Both the position numbers and the translations under genes were made by a program. Under the pieces are notes generated by a model, which was given only the letters and a program-made list of their open reading frames with translations, did not search any database and was not told where the DNA came from. From Octopus bimaculoides (taxonomy: Eukaryota), in assembly GCF_001194135.2 (NCBI RefSeq), contig NC_069001.1:25821761-25885760 (forward strand): a stretch of 64,000 nucleotides of DNA, written 5' to 3'. Positions within the stretch are counted from its first letter, which is position 1. Every line of letters begins with the position of its first letter. Below are positions 42,050 through 54,872 of this stretch, piece by piece.

Positions 42050-42499
42050 CTAATTGAAACTTAACCTGCCGGGAGAAATAATTTACGAAAGAAAATCAAT
42101 CTTGATGAAGTGGAAAAGAAGTAATATTATCCGTACCTAACTACCCTCATAACCTAAACTTATCAATGCATAGTTACTTAATTTCGCTTCGGCGTTAATA
42201 ACCGACAGCTTATAAGATCTATGGAGCACGCGTGGAGACAAAATTATTCGTTACGCAACGAAAGCAATTTGGCACAACTGATGTTAGAATTGAAACAGAG
42301 GAAGCACTCCACGACTCTAATAAAAATTGAGATCGTCTGCATTACATCGTGCATGGACAAACAAATAGTGATGTATGAGTGGGAAGTTGGCAACCCGAAA
42401 TAGATATATGGTGGTTGGCGGCAAACATTTCCGATGTGGCATTTGAAAAAGGAAGCATTAAATGTTTTTTTCCTTTTTTTTAAGCTTTAGAATATTTGT

Positions 42500-43380
42500 T
42501 TATTTAATCAAAATATGATCCTTTTTTTCATTTTTGACCTTCATCCAATGTTCCTCTAAGGTATATATTCCATCTTCAAAGCATTTGTTATCTTTTACGC
42601 TGATAAACTCTTCGAATGCTTCTATTATTTAAGGATGTTTCATTTCTTATAGCAAGCTCGAAGTCTTTAAATTGTTGATAATCAGTAGGGGAGATATTAG
42701 GAGAATCAGGATGACGTGCCAAAATTTCATAATTCAGGATTTGCAAATTGTGGACTGTAGAAGAGTGAGGCCATGCATTATCATGAAGCAAAATTGGGCC
42801 ATCTTTATTCACTACTCATGCATGTAACCCATGCTGGTTTTGGGTAGTGTTTTGGTGACGCTCCTGCATCTAGTCACTGTCCTGTTCTCCTGTTGTTATC
42901 AAAGGATATCCATTTCTCATCACACGCAATGAGTCGATACAAAAATGGTTCTTTCCAGACGAGAAATCATCATGGAACACACTATAAGGCATCTGTTTTT
43001 TGTATTTTTTTTTACTCTCTTTAAGTTGATGGGGACAAACCTATATATCTTTTTTAACTTTTCCAGTTTTCTTCAGGTGTCGAGTAGCAGTTGCAGGAGA
43101 TGTCTGCAGCTCTGATCCGATTGTTCGCACCGTCTATCTCGGGTTTTGTTTAACCAATGCATTCGATTCATCATGCCTAATACTGACTTTGGTCTTCCTT
43201 TTGGTTGATTTTTAAAACTTTCATTACATGAACGAAATCGTTGGAACGATCTCTGAACAGTTCTAATGTCAAAAGAAGACCGCTTGATGTTTTGTAGAGC
43301 CTCGATGGCAGTGTTACTCAACTTGTATTCGAATAAGAAAATCACTCGGTATTGTTCACTTACCAACATTGTCATAAGAG
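42500..43380 (-). pseudogene. decayed mariner (D,D34D-type) transposase with internal deletion
   Basis: N-terminal HTH (RVIFLFEYKL..TAIEALQNI..TVQRSFQRFRS..GRP), FLYRLIACDEKWISFDN, ILLHDNAWPH, HPDSPNISPTDY. Confidence 0.92.
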
Positions 43381-44005
43381 CTTAGGGTAGCAATTTTGAA
43401 TAAGAGAATTATCTCGAAAGAAAAAGAGTTAAGAGTAAACATAAGCATATACATAAAAACTGATTCAAATTTCATTTATAGATGTCTCATAAGAAACCCA
43501 TTTAAAATGGACATTTCATGTGAGATAAGTTATATAATGTGTGTGTGTGTGTATATGCATGTTCTTTCAGCCTTGTTCGTGTTTAAATACTCTTACTGTG
43601 ACAATAGTCATTACCGAATTGAAAGCTTTTAATAAAACTAATGTTTATTAAACCTTAATATATATTTCGTACATTTATGCTCAGAGTTTAATTTCCACCG
43701 AATTCGATTTTGTCTTTCATCTTGTCGATAAAATAAGTTGCGCTCGATGTAATCGACTTGCTTCCACACTTGAACATGAAACCAATATATATATCTTATA
43801 CGTAGAAGTAATGTTTATTAACTCTTCCAGCCACGAGACCACCAGACCTTCGGTATCTAGCTCCTTCTGCCCATTTTCGGTTGTGGATACTCATTCGATA
43901 GACATAGCAGTAATTCGCTCCAATACGCAATATGTAGAAAATATTTGACTACCTGTCACTAATCTTCCAAGAAGCAAATTGGAAAAGCTTTATAACAGCT
44001 GACAG

Positions 44006-44408
44006 TAGTAACTATACTGAGGAGTAATGTTTATGGTAGGAGTTCGCTCCCTTGCTTGTAATATACAGGGTGTCCACAGTCTGGGTACATGGGGATTAAC
44101 ACATACTTTAAGAAACTATTATTTTTTATATTTAATTGTTTATGTTATGATTTTAATTACTCCATGTACCCACATGGTGATTAACACATACTTTAAGAAA
44201 TTATTATTTCTTATATTTAATTGTTTATATTTAATAGTTTATGTTATGATTTTATTCACTCAAAGTACACAGACATTGTGGACACCCTGTACATCGAACA
44301 AACAGCTGGACGAAGAATCCTCTTAGGGCTATAATTGTACTAACGCCAGTTCCTACGGAAGAGCCATGTTTAAATGGCGATAAACATTACTCCTCAGTAT
44401 AGTTACTA
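44006..44408. mobile_element. outer MITE-like element with perfect 29-bp inverted termini
   Basis: TAGTAACTATACTGAGGAGTAATGTTTAT (44006-44034) and its exact reverse complement at 44380-44408. Confidence 0.8.
44066..44289. mobile_element. inner Tc1/mariner-type MITE with TA target duplication and internal tandem duplication
   Basis: TA|CAGGGTGTCCACAGTCTGGGTAC ... GTACACAGACATTGTGGACACCCTG|TA; an ~85-bp internal unit is present twice. Confidence 0.9.
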
Positions 44409-44554
44409 ATTTCATCTCTCATAGACATTTTCTAATTTACTTATTTGCGCCTATTTTTTACTTATATTATCGTCTAATGTTTCTGAAATTCTAAGATGCA
44501 ATAACTTAAAGCAAGCCAACCGTCAAGTAAGAAGTGTCTAACGCACACACGAGC

Positions 44555-44598
<44 letters not shown>

Positions 44599-44827
44599 NN
44601 NNNNNNNNNNNNNNNNNNNNNNNNNNNNNNNNNNNNNNNNNNNNNNNNNNNNNNNNNNNNNNNNNNNNNNNNNNNNNNNNNNNNNNNNNNNNNNNNNNNN
44701 NNNNNNNNNNNNNNNNNNNNNNNNNNNNNNNNNNNNNNNNNNNNNNNNNNNNNNNNNNNNNNNNNNNNNNNNNNNCTCATACACACAAAAACACACGGAG
44801 GTGACGTTCGAAACCGTTGCTATCTAG

Positions 44828-44951
44828 GAAATTCATTCACACTCCCACCATCGGCCAATAAGACTTGGTGAATATCACCGTCCAACACCCATCCCCCCGC
44901 GCTGCAGAACGATGCCCGACCCTTTCGGTTGCACAGTGAACAGGTTAACAA
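44828..44951 (+). CDS. candidate internal exon, Pro/His-rich
   Basis: GC-enriched island, TAG| acceptor, A|GTGAGT donor, open frame EIHSHSHHRPIRLGEYHRPTPIPPRCRTMPDPFGCTVNRLT; no homolog recognised. Confidence 0.2.
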
Positions 44952-45039
44952 GTGAGTATTTCCCGTGTCATATGTCTAATTCCTATAAAATGTTAAGTGT
45001 ACATATAAGAATATATATTCCAGTATTCTTTTATTTTTT

Positions 45040-45297
45040 CACTCATACGACTGCAGCCATGCTGGAGTACCACTTTGAAGTGTTTCAGTCGAACATATCG
45101 GTCCCAGGACTTACTTCCTAAACCTAGCACTTATTCTATCGGTTCTCTTCTGTTGAAGCGCTACGTTACAGTAATGTAAACACACCAAAACCGGTTGTCA
45201 GACGGTTATTGTAAGACATCCACAGACACAAAGACACATACACATATATTTATTTATATACATACATGTGTGCATATATATGTGTGTATATATATAA

Positions 45298-45348
<51 letters not shown>

Positions 45349-46035
45349 NNNNNNNNNNNNNNNNNNNNNNNNNNNNNNNNNNNNNNNNNNNNNNNNNNNN
45401 NNNNNNNNNNNNNNNNNNNNNNNNNNNNNNNNNNNNNNNNNNNNNNNNNNNNNNNNNNNNNNNNNNNNNNNNNNNNNNNNNNNNNNNNNNNNNNNNNNNN
45501 NNNNNNNNNNNNNNNNNNNNNNNNNNNNNNNNNNNNNNNNNNNNNNNNNNNNNNNNNNNNNNNNNNNNNNNNNNNNNNNNNNNNNNNNNNNNNNNNNNNN
45601 NNNNNNNNNNNNNNNNNNNNNNNNNNNNNNNNNNNNNNNNNNNNNNNNNNNNNNNNNNNNNNNNNNNNNNNNNNNNNNNNNNNNNNNNNNNNNNNNNNNN
45701 NNNNNNNNNNNNNNNNNNNNNNNNNNNNNNNNNNNNNNNNNNNNNNNNNNNNNNNNNNNNNNNNNNNNNNNNNNNNNNNNNNNNNNNNNNNNNNNNNNNN
45801 NNNNNNNNNNNNNNNNNNNNNNNNNNNNNNNNNNNNNNNNNNNNNNNNNNNNNNNTATATACACACACACCACTGGCGTCTTTCAGTTTCCGTCTACCAA
45901 ATCCAGTCGCAAGATTTTGGTCGGCCCGAAGCTATAGTAGAAGAGTGTAGAAGACACCTCCAAAATGCCACGTTGTGGGACTGAACGTGGAAACATGTTG
46001 TTGAGAAGCAATTTTATGTCACACTGCCACGTCTG
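45040..46035 (-). mobile_element. family B SINE split by an expanded internal (TA)n and an assembly gap
   Basis: 3' half at 45040-45250 (GCAGCCATGCTGGAGTACC, CACTTATTCTATCGG) and 5' half at 45872-46035 (TTTCAGTTTCCGTCTACCAAATCC), same orientation. Confidence 0.88.
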
Positions 46036-47196
46036 CGCCCATTTATATATATATATATATATATATAGATAGATAGATAGATAGATATACATACATACAT
46101 GAATATACGTATTTATGTAGTGAAGACAACTATTGAATTTGTGAAAGACAAAAAGAACAATTTAAGGCGTATATATATAATAATGAACATATATTACATC
46201 AGTGTGGAATATGTTATTTGCTTTAAACCTATTTTATGGCGCACTCTAGTGGTTTGCAGCTTTCCAATACAACCTAAGTATTTTGATAGTCATATACTTA
46301 TACATACATATATTCATGCATATATACATACGTACTTATATACATACATACATGTGTATTCGTACGTGTGTGTCTGCGTGTGTTTCTCTGTTTGTGTGCA
46401 TAACCATTAGATACATAAACAGCAATTTTTCTGTTGAAGAAGAAAACATTTTCGACCTTGAGTTGACAACCGATATTTACAGTGGTTAAGGACGATTGAG
46501 GTTGGGGCGATGCTGCCAAACTCCCAACAACCATAAAAACTTACAAATGGTGGTCCATTTCAAAGAGTGAGAATCGATAAAAGGTGTTTGTTATTCATTG
46601 AAGTAGAGTGTGTTATAGTGAACTGGTAATAAATGGAGCAGTATTATTGGTTGGTATGGTGTTTTCATGTTATGATAGATTTAATGGCGGCGGTGATGTT
46701 GATGTTTCAGTCGGAAGTATCTGTACGTAAGCTCTGTGTGTGTGTGTGTGTGTGTTCTTGACTTGTTTCCATTGTACGGCTCTGTAAAGGACAATTTCTT
46801 AGTGAGGTGTAATATTCCAGAATAGAGATAGTGATACTGGTTATAACGATTTATGGCGGTGCTTCTAATGGAGTTTGTTGATTGTGATGTTGATGCTTAT
46901 ATATATATATATATATATACATNNNNNNNNNNNNNNNNNNNNNNNNNNNNNNNNNNNNNNNNNNNNNNNNNNNNNNNNNNNNNNNNNNNNNNNNNNNNNN
47001 NNNNNNNNNNNNNNNNNNNNNNNNNNNNNNNNNNNNNNNNNNNNNNNNNNNNNNNNNNNNNNNNNNNNNNNNNNNNNNNNNNNNNNNNNNNNNNNNNNNN
47101 NNNNNNNNNNNNNNNNNNNNNNNNNNNNNNNNNNNNNNNNNNNNNNNNNNNNNNNNNNNNNNNNNNNNNNNNNNNNNNNNNNNNNNNNNNNNNNNN

Positions 47197-47251
<55 letters not shown>

Positions 47252-50162
47252 TATATATATGTATATGCATATACATACATACATATATATATATGCTTAT
47301 ATATATATATATGTATATACATATAAACACATGCATATATATATATCTATATATATAAATGAGAGAGAGAGAGAGTGAGAGCAGATAGGATAGTGCATGG
47401 AAGATCTATATATGCGGTATGTAAATTTTATATACGAGTGTGAAGGGGTAGTCTAGTGTATGCCTATGCCTATTTTTATGTGCCGAGTGACGTACTTCCT
47501 TTTTTTCTAGATGCTAATTAGATTCAAGTGCTGGACTGGCAATCCTGTGGCGTGTTACTGTTATCACCCTTTGCTGCGTCAAAAACTTTAAGTGGATTCT
47601 GGAGGACCATTATTTAGTATGTTGGAGTGTTTACGTGCACAATGTTCTATTAATGTGAATTACCATATAATATGAATACAGATTTAATGTCCTATAAATT
47701 TTTACTGCCCTTTTTCATCCTGCTAAAACGTTACATTAGTGGGTTTTGGTTTCTATATCGTTGTAGGGAGAGAAAATCAACTGCCTTGTTCCTTTCGCAG
47801 GGTATTTAAAACGGATGGGAAAATAACGAATTTATCTTTAAACGGGATAATTTTCCCTCTGAATTTTTGCAACAACTTAGACTCGACTAATCAGATTTAA
47901 TATCGAATTGAATATTTTTAAACTAAAGGTTTAATCTAACACCTCCAGTAATCTACAAACTTGTTCGCTACACAGTAAAGTAGCTTCTATGATGTGAATT
48001 ATTATCTTGCCTTCCGTATATACATCGGCAGCTAAAAGGTTATCATTTTATGAATTATATTGATCTACATTATGCTAAGTACTGCTCAGACTGTCCATGA
48101 TTATTGACAACTATCACTGCAATAATAATATATACGGAACCAGTAGTCAATTAAAACATCCATCAATGTCTCATAAAGTATATACATCGTTGAAAGGTAA
48201 TTTTCTGACACTGAAACAAGCAACACAATGTCTGATGTGTACTTCTTTTTCAAAAAAGTGTGACGTGATTTAAAGAATATTTCGCTTCGTTTTCAAGGAG
48301 GTCTAGCTTGAAATGTCAATATGGATCTTTTATGATTCCTCATTACTTATTATTCAAAGAAGTATAAGCTTTATATTACGTAAATGAATATTTTTGTAAC
48401 GTTGTAGAATTCTATGGAGTACCAGCGATGAGAAAAGTTTAAAACTTAAGCAGTTATAAATTCAGGAAGTCATTTTTAATGCAATTATCACCTGAATATT
48501 GCTGCTGTTCTTGCTGCAATTATTTACTTTTCAGTTGAAAAGTATTGAACAGATCTAGTCTTAAAACATCCGAGACGTGGCCTTCCGTTTTGCCTTATAA
48601 GTAATCGTAGGTATTATATAATATGTCTATCCCTAATTCTTATGACGGCGGAGATATTTGGCTATTATTTCTCGTCGTAGGATCACGTATATGATTTATG
48701 TTAAAGATTTTATGTAACGTGTAGTTTTCCCTCAGCTTGGTCCGAAACGGTCAGACCACTGATTTAAACCACTCCACCAATGCTTTTCCATTGTATAGAG
48801 AACAAAGGACCTTATTACACAAAAGAAAATAGATTAAGAAATGAGTAGAGTTTCATTTACTGTAGATTTGGCTGTTATTTCTAGCTCCTCATCAACTTTC
48901 CTCAATATTAGCTGTGAGTGGGCATCAGTACCAAGATTTTAACTATCCAAGTATGGTCTGTAAGAGTGAATGCGAGGTAGCTGTTTGTGAGAAAGCCGAA
49001 TTCAAAAAACTTAAACTTGATACACTAAAAGCTTCGAAATACGAATAAATTGAACCCGAAATTTGAAATATTTTACTGGAAATATGAAAATCAGTTCCAA
49101 GAAAGCGGCAATTACTAGAAATTTTAAATAGAATTTTATGCGAGAAACATACTGTAACATATTTACATACTTTTATTATCCTATGTCACAATAACTAGTT
49201 TAATAAAAAAAATTGGTCTTAAAAATATTTACATTTTAAAAACGGGTGTTTATTTGAGAAATATAATGCAATAAATCTTTTGGTTATGCGACGACAGAAT
49301 AACTATTTTCGGGGGAAATGATAAAAGAAAAATTTAAGAAGTATTTATTTTCAGTTTTCAACGGAGTTTATTTTAGTTATATATAACATTAATTTTAATT
49401 TATTATGCTACGTTAAGATGACAAAGGAAGCGGGATGTAAAGAACATTTTGCGTATTACATATGGAAATAAAAAATAACACTGAAAACGTGTTGTAGGTA
49501 TAAAATCTCGAAGACTAAACGTGATCATAAATAGTTTATATATCGAATACGTTTGTTCATTTTCTGTGTATACAAATGCAAAAATATCAAACACAGACTC
49601 GACTACTTGCTTATCTCAATTTGCTTTTAGTTTCTTTTTGCATTATATCAATATATAAAATGTGGTCATTTAATCGTTTGGTTTGTTTCCGTTTCAAATG
49701 AAAGAAAGAAGGAGTTAATCTATTCATGACAGAATTTGAATAATGAATTATTCAGTAAATGAACTATTTAAGCCTTCGATTATGCGTTTGATACTGTCTA
49801 AATGCAATACGCTCACTACTGTTATTGCTGCTGCCGCCACCACCACCTACACCACGACTACTACTACTACTACTACATTTACTATTACTACTACTATTAC
49901 TACTACTTGCTAAACATATCTCGTTTGCTTTTGAAATGCTAATGCAACATAATAAAAGAAAATACTTTATAATTAAACTCCTTTCAGAGCAGTAAATATA
50001 TATTTTTTCAGATTGTCCTCCCATATCATTTTACACTAAAATATTTAAAATTTCGCAGAAGTGACAATTCGGTCTTCCAATATTTCGGCTATAATTAAGC
50101 TCGGTGATACCAAACTATGAATACAAAATCTCAATCCTTTGTGGTCATTCATTCTCAACATG

Positions 50163-51238
50163 TTACTGCAGAAACGTCCGCTTTTCTGACGAGTTCTCGT
50201 GCACAGCTTGTGGAATGGTTCTCGTCAAGCTCCAGCAGTAATTTATCATCATGTTTAAGTCCCATAAGACTTGGTAGTGTTCTTCCATTAGTTTTACGCC
50301 TTGATGAAAGGGTTCACCTTGTTCTTAGCTAGTATCACACAAGTTCTCTGGAAATTCACCCAAGAAACTGTGTAAATATGCAATTTAATGTTCATTCTAC
50401 AACCAAGTGCTTGCAAATTCTAGAGTAGTGTTTACACGAACTGTTGATAGTTAGCAGCTTCCCTGTTCCCAAGGAAATTCTGCACCACACCAGAAAAGAC
50501 ATTTCCAGCTCTAGCTCCCTAGCACTCATTCTTGTAGCAAAATGTGGATCCCTGAGGACTGTTCTTATTGGCGATTAATCAAATATACCTGCCTTCTTCT
50601 TTTTCTTCTTCCTCTTCTTCTTGTCAGTGTGACTTTGAAAGATTGTACGTATATAACTGAAGAGTGATCAAGAGGTTTCATGAATTGTTTCCTCACACCA
50701 AGATTTATGTGCAGTGGGAGGAAGACGATCTTTTCCTATCAAAAAGAGAGCCATTAACGATATTTGTCTCACCCGGTGTCAAATCATTGTTTTTTTTTTT
50801 TTAAACCAACGATGCTTTGTAGCTCTACTGTTCCAGTTGGACAAGAAACAAGGAAACTTGACATAACATTTTTACTGGCCCAGTACAAGGTTTGCCATTT
50901 TCAAATCGATACAAATTATGCATCCATTAACATGATATTGCAACCATTCCAGAATAATCTTGATGTTGGTATACTTCTTTAATTTTTATAATGTGTCCTG
51001 TTATGATTGAGCCATACAAATTCCTGCTGTGAAGTAAAACACATTTCAAGATGATTTTAGAGTTGTCAATAAATGTCTCCTTTCACGTGAATCTTATGCC
51101 TTCACTCTCATATTGAGTAGAAGCACTTCAACATCATTACAATAAACAAGCTGACTATTTAATAGAAGTACCTCCACAGTTTTGCTTCTCTTTTGTGATA
51201 AATGGAGACATAAGGGAAGAATAGCTTTCGTCTTCAAA
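50163..51238 (-). pseudogene. decayed Chapaev-like (CMC supergroup) DNA transposase
   Basis: With frameshifts: LVYCNDVE, FIDNSKIILKCVLLH, IICIDLKM..LGQ..KFPCFL..W, LPLHINLG..KQF, AGIFD, VVQNFLGN, ALGCRMNIKLH, EQGEPFHQ..MEEHYQ..W..NYCWSL; superfamily name is from recalled motifs. Confidence 0.85.
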
Positions 51239-51239
51239 G

Positions 51240-51685
51240 CAAAGATGGTCATTATACTTCTAGCACCGACTTAAGCTGCTCAAGCTGCTCTAAGTGGATC
51301 TCTCCTAAAAGTTCAAAGTGGAGTAAACAATTCATATCCCAACAAAGAGGTAACAATAACTTACGTGGACGAAGACCTTATTCGGCTTAGAGTACCGGTG
51401 TTTTTCCTTTCTATACCCACTATCCTCAACGCTTGACATTGTTTTAGAGAACCCATTTCTCGTCCCCAGTCACGATTCGATCCAAAAAATGGTTCATTCG
51501 TTAGACGTGACAGGAAAGAACACGCATTCACTCTCTGAGCGTGGAAGGTTTGTCAGGGTCCCATTGACCCAATTTGCTGAGTTTTCGGATGGCACGCAGG
51601 TGTCAATGAATGGTCGAATGATGAAATCCGAGCTTCTGTGCTATTTCCTTTTTTGCTAATGGAAGAACATCTCTCGTCTTTAAAC
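51240..51685 (-). pseudogene. internal fragment of a mariner transposase (distinct from the 42.5-kb copy)
   Basis: EIAQKLGFHHSTIH.HLRAI..SKLGQW, FLDRIVTGDEKWVL.NNVKR, GLRPRKLLL..WDM..LLHFELL, EQLEQLKSVL..PSL. Confidence 0.9.
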
Positions 51686-52345
51686 CAATTCGAGTAGGAC
51701 TGCTGGAAATCCTTCAGGGCCAGCAGCTGCGTTTCTGTCACCCTCACATATGGCCAGTGTTACACCTTCATTATTAATGTACTCAGCTTTCGCCTCTTTT
51801 GTTAGAGGAAACTGGTAAAGAATTCTGCTGGTTTGTTCACTTACCTATGCTCCAGAGGTCTATTGAACACATTTTGGAACTGTTCATTCAGTATTTCATT
51901 AATCTTCATGGGGTTTCCTGTGAGGGAGCGATATTTCTAGAAGCGGGGTCCTATCATGTGGCAAACTTAAATAAAGCTTTAGAGTTTGATTTGATATTTT
52001 TTTTATAACACATGCTTCTGTACCTGCTCTCCTTTTTCTTTGAAGACTGATGCAGACTTTTCTCTATCTCCAATAGCACTCTCGCCAGGTGAGACTTCTC
52101 ACCACTTTTAGGGTGCTTGTTCAGGTGGTTCGCAATCTTCCTTTCCAGATGGATCATGTTGTGCATGGTGACCCTTCACACTGGGACGGATTTGACAAAT
52201 ATAGCTTGTATTATGGACGTTTTTTTTTCTTGTTTCATGTCAATGTCTGGTGTAGAGAGACATTTAGGCCAATGCTGTTTGAGAATCTTTCTCAATCAAC
52301 TTCCAATTTGCTTTATGAAAATTTAGCTTCTAGAGCTTTCGGGTG
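51685..52345 (-). pseudogene. CR1/L2-like LINE ORF2 fragment (endonuclease-RT linker to start of RT)
   Basis: LNFHKANWKLI, KNIKSNSKALFKFA, EILNEQFQNVF, LAICE..AAAGPEGFPAVLL (the APGPDG motif). Confidence 0.82.
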
Positions 52346-52434
52346 ATTCGTATAGACTGTATGTCTGCAGGGTCTTTTGGTCCATACATTGACAGCTCTA
52401 TTATATGCGTAATATGTATGTGTATATATGTATG

Positions 52435-52523
<89 letters not shown>

Positions 52524-52557
52524 NNNNNNNNNNNNNNNNNNNNNNNNNNNNNNNNNN

Positions 52558-52620
<63 letters not shown>

Positions 52621-53226
52621 ATGTATGTATATTTGTATGTATATGAATGTGGGATCCTCTTTGTAGTTTTCATATAGCAAATATTTGTCCAAGTTACAAT
52701 AAGATACTGCAATGCGGAATCCAGTCCGGTGTCTATAGTGAATTTCTTCAACTCCTTTTTAATAGGTGTGTATGTTTTAGATGCACGCTATAATGTAAAA
52801 AATTGTTTTTGCTCTTCTGAAATTTGAACAAAATCATTAGAGGGACGTAATTAAATACCAAAATTCTGTATTGTCCGTCAATGAGCAATTTCTGGTAACC
52901 GTTGCCCTTTATTTTGCAGTACTATAAACGTTTTCCACATAAAATCAGCCTGAAAATTAATTCTGAGTCATGAAGTATAGCATTTAATAAATATATAAAA
53001 ATATCTCTCGTTAGATTATAACTGCATATTCTCAAAGCTGTTCAGTAACGAATTCTATGTGTTTAACCTAATTTTAAGAATTGTATTGATTTCTCATTTT
53101 GCTGCGTATAGCAGCTGTGAAAAGAGAGTAATGAAATATAGCGTAATAATAGTTATATAGATGCAAAGAATGAGATTTTTAAAGCAATGGGCCGGATTAA
53201 TCGAGGCAGTTTTATTTGCCCGTTAA

Positions 53227-53272
<46 letters not shown>

Positions 53273-53574
53273 ATGTGTAGTAGTGATGTCGGATATTGAA
53301 GCCAGTCTGCTTTTCTAAATTAGAAATATTTCCTCTTCTTTCGCGTTATATATGTGAATTTAATTGTAATTTAGGATTAATGGTAAATTCACCTAGATGA
53401 AACACAAGAAATGAGGCATAGATGGAAAAAAAATAACATTGTGGGAAAAAAAATAACATTGCGTTTAATGTGAACACTGGAAAAAATCATCGGCTGTTAT
53501 CAGTGTATAAATTCCAATGAAATTGTTTAAGACTTTGGTTTGATGAGTATCAGACACTGAGTACCATTCTCTAG

Positions 53575-53709
53575 AATATTGCCGACGGCAGAAGAAATAT
53601 AAGAAGGGAAAGAAAATTTCTGAAAAGGCAAACTGGTTCGTTAAGAAAGAAATTATTAAGACTCACCTTGCAGCCACTGGAGAAGCCGGAATTATTTTGA
53701 ATATATACC
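53575..53709 (+). CDS. candidate 135-bp symmetric (phase 1-1) exon, Lys-rich
   Basis: CCATTCTCTAG| acceptor, C|GTGAGA donor, 44 open codons YCRRQKKYKKGKKISEKANWFVKKEIIKTHLAATGEAGIILNIY; not recognised. Confidence 0.2.
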
Positions 53710-54872
53710 GTGAGAAGAATTGCGAAAGGCCTCAGATATCGACATATTGTTACGATGGAAGAATCCAAGTATTTCAATAGCTAATGACTAAAATTTTCAC
53801 CTGGACTATAGACATCGAACAATAGGAAGACGAGTTCAAGTCGCCAAAGCGATCTGCTGGAATCTAATTCTGCAGAATATTCAATTTACAACATATTAGT
53901 GTTATGCATCGTAACTGAAATAAGGGAAACAGATGGCTAGCAAGCTATAAGCAACATTGGTCTAAGCAGGAAATTTATAGAATAGAGATTTTTTAAAAAT
54001 AAAATTACAAAATACTGTCTCTGAAATAAGATGTTTAGAGTTATATGGATGGAACAAGATCCAGTTATATTATGTAATTTAATTTTTGGTATAGATATAA
54101 TTTATCCTCTCCGTTCGAATATATTTCATCGTGTGTCTAGAATATCAGCAAGTGTTTGGCATACGACCGACGCATAACTGATCAACGAGAAATAATGAAT
54201 CGTAATCCGCAACACGGATAGAAAACAGACAGTTTTGCCGAAGGGAACGAGTCATGCTAATCGACATTTATATAACTGGAAATAAATTCGTTCACCAAAT
54301 GATATCAACGTGATATCACTGCAGATACTACACATAGACAAAATACACGCACGCACACACACACACGCACACACACACTGGCTTTCACGCACTAGAGTAT
54401 AGAAATCATGTCCCAATCACATTTTACCGGCATCTTCTGAGAACAGTTCGACATATTGTGCATATTATCGTACAGACTAAAATAAAGAATGGCTGATGAC
54501 GGCTGCAATTTTTGCAGTAAATATACATGATCAGAATTGCCCTATCAACAGCACAGGTAACCCCCCCACACACGCGCACGCGCACACACGCGCACACGCA
54601 CATGCATGCATTGTAGTATTTTTGACTTTCACCAGTTATATTATAAACATGAGGCGCTGCTCAAGAATACATCCAAAGAATAAACCTGCGTCATCCTCAG
54701 AAATTTACCTGCTTCAAAGAGATTCTCAGTTTTTGATTGATTCATTCCTCTAGTTGCTACATTGGAAAATCCACTATACTCACTGGTGATTAAACTTTCT
54801 TGTATACAGAAATACACGCACACACACACGCACTAACAGACAAACACACATATACATTTACATTTACATACA

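Noticed and set aside
50165-50200. GAAACGTC...CTGACGAG, a second hammerhead-like juxtaposition
   Set aside because: Stems I and II do not pair, and it lies in the antisense of the Chapaev coding end.
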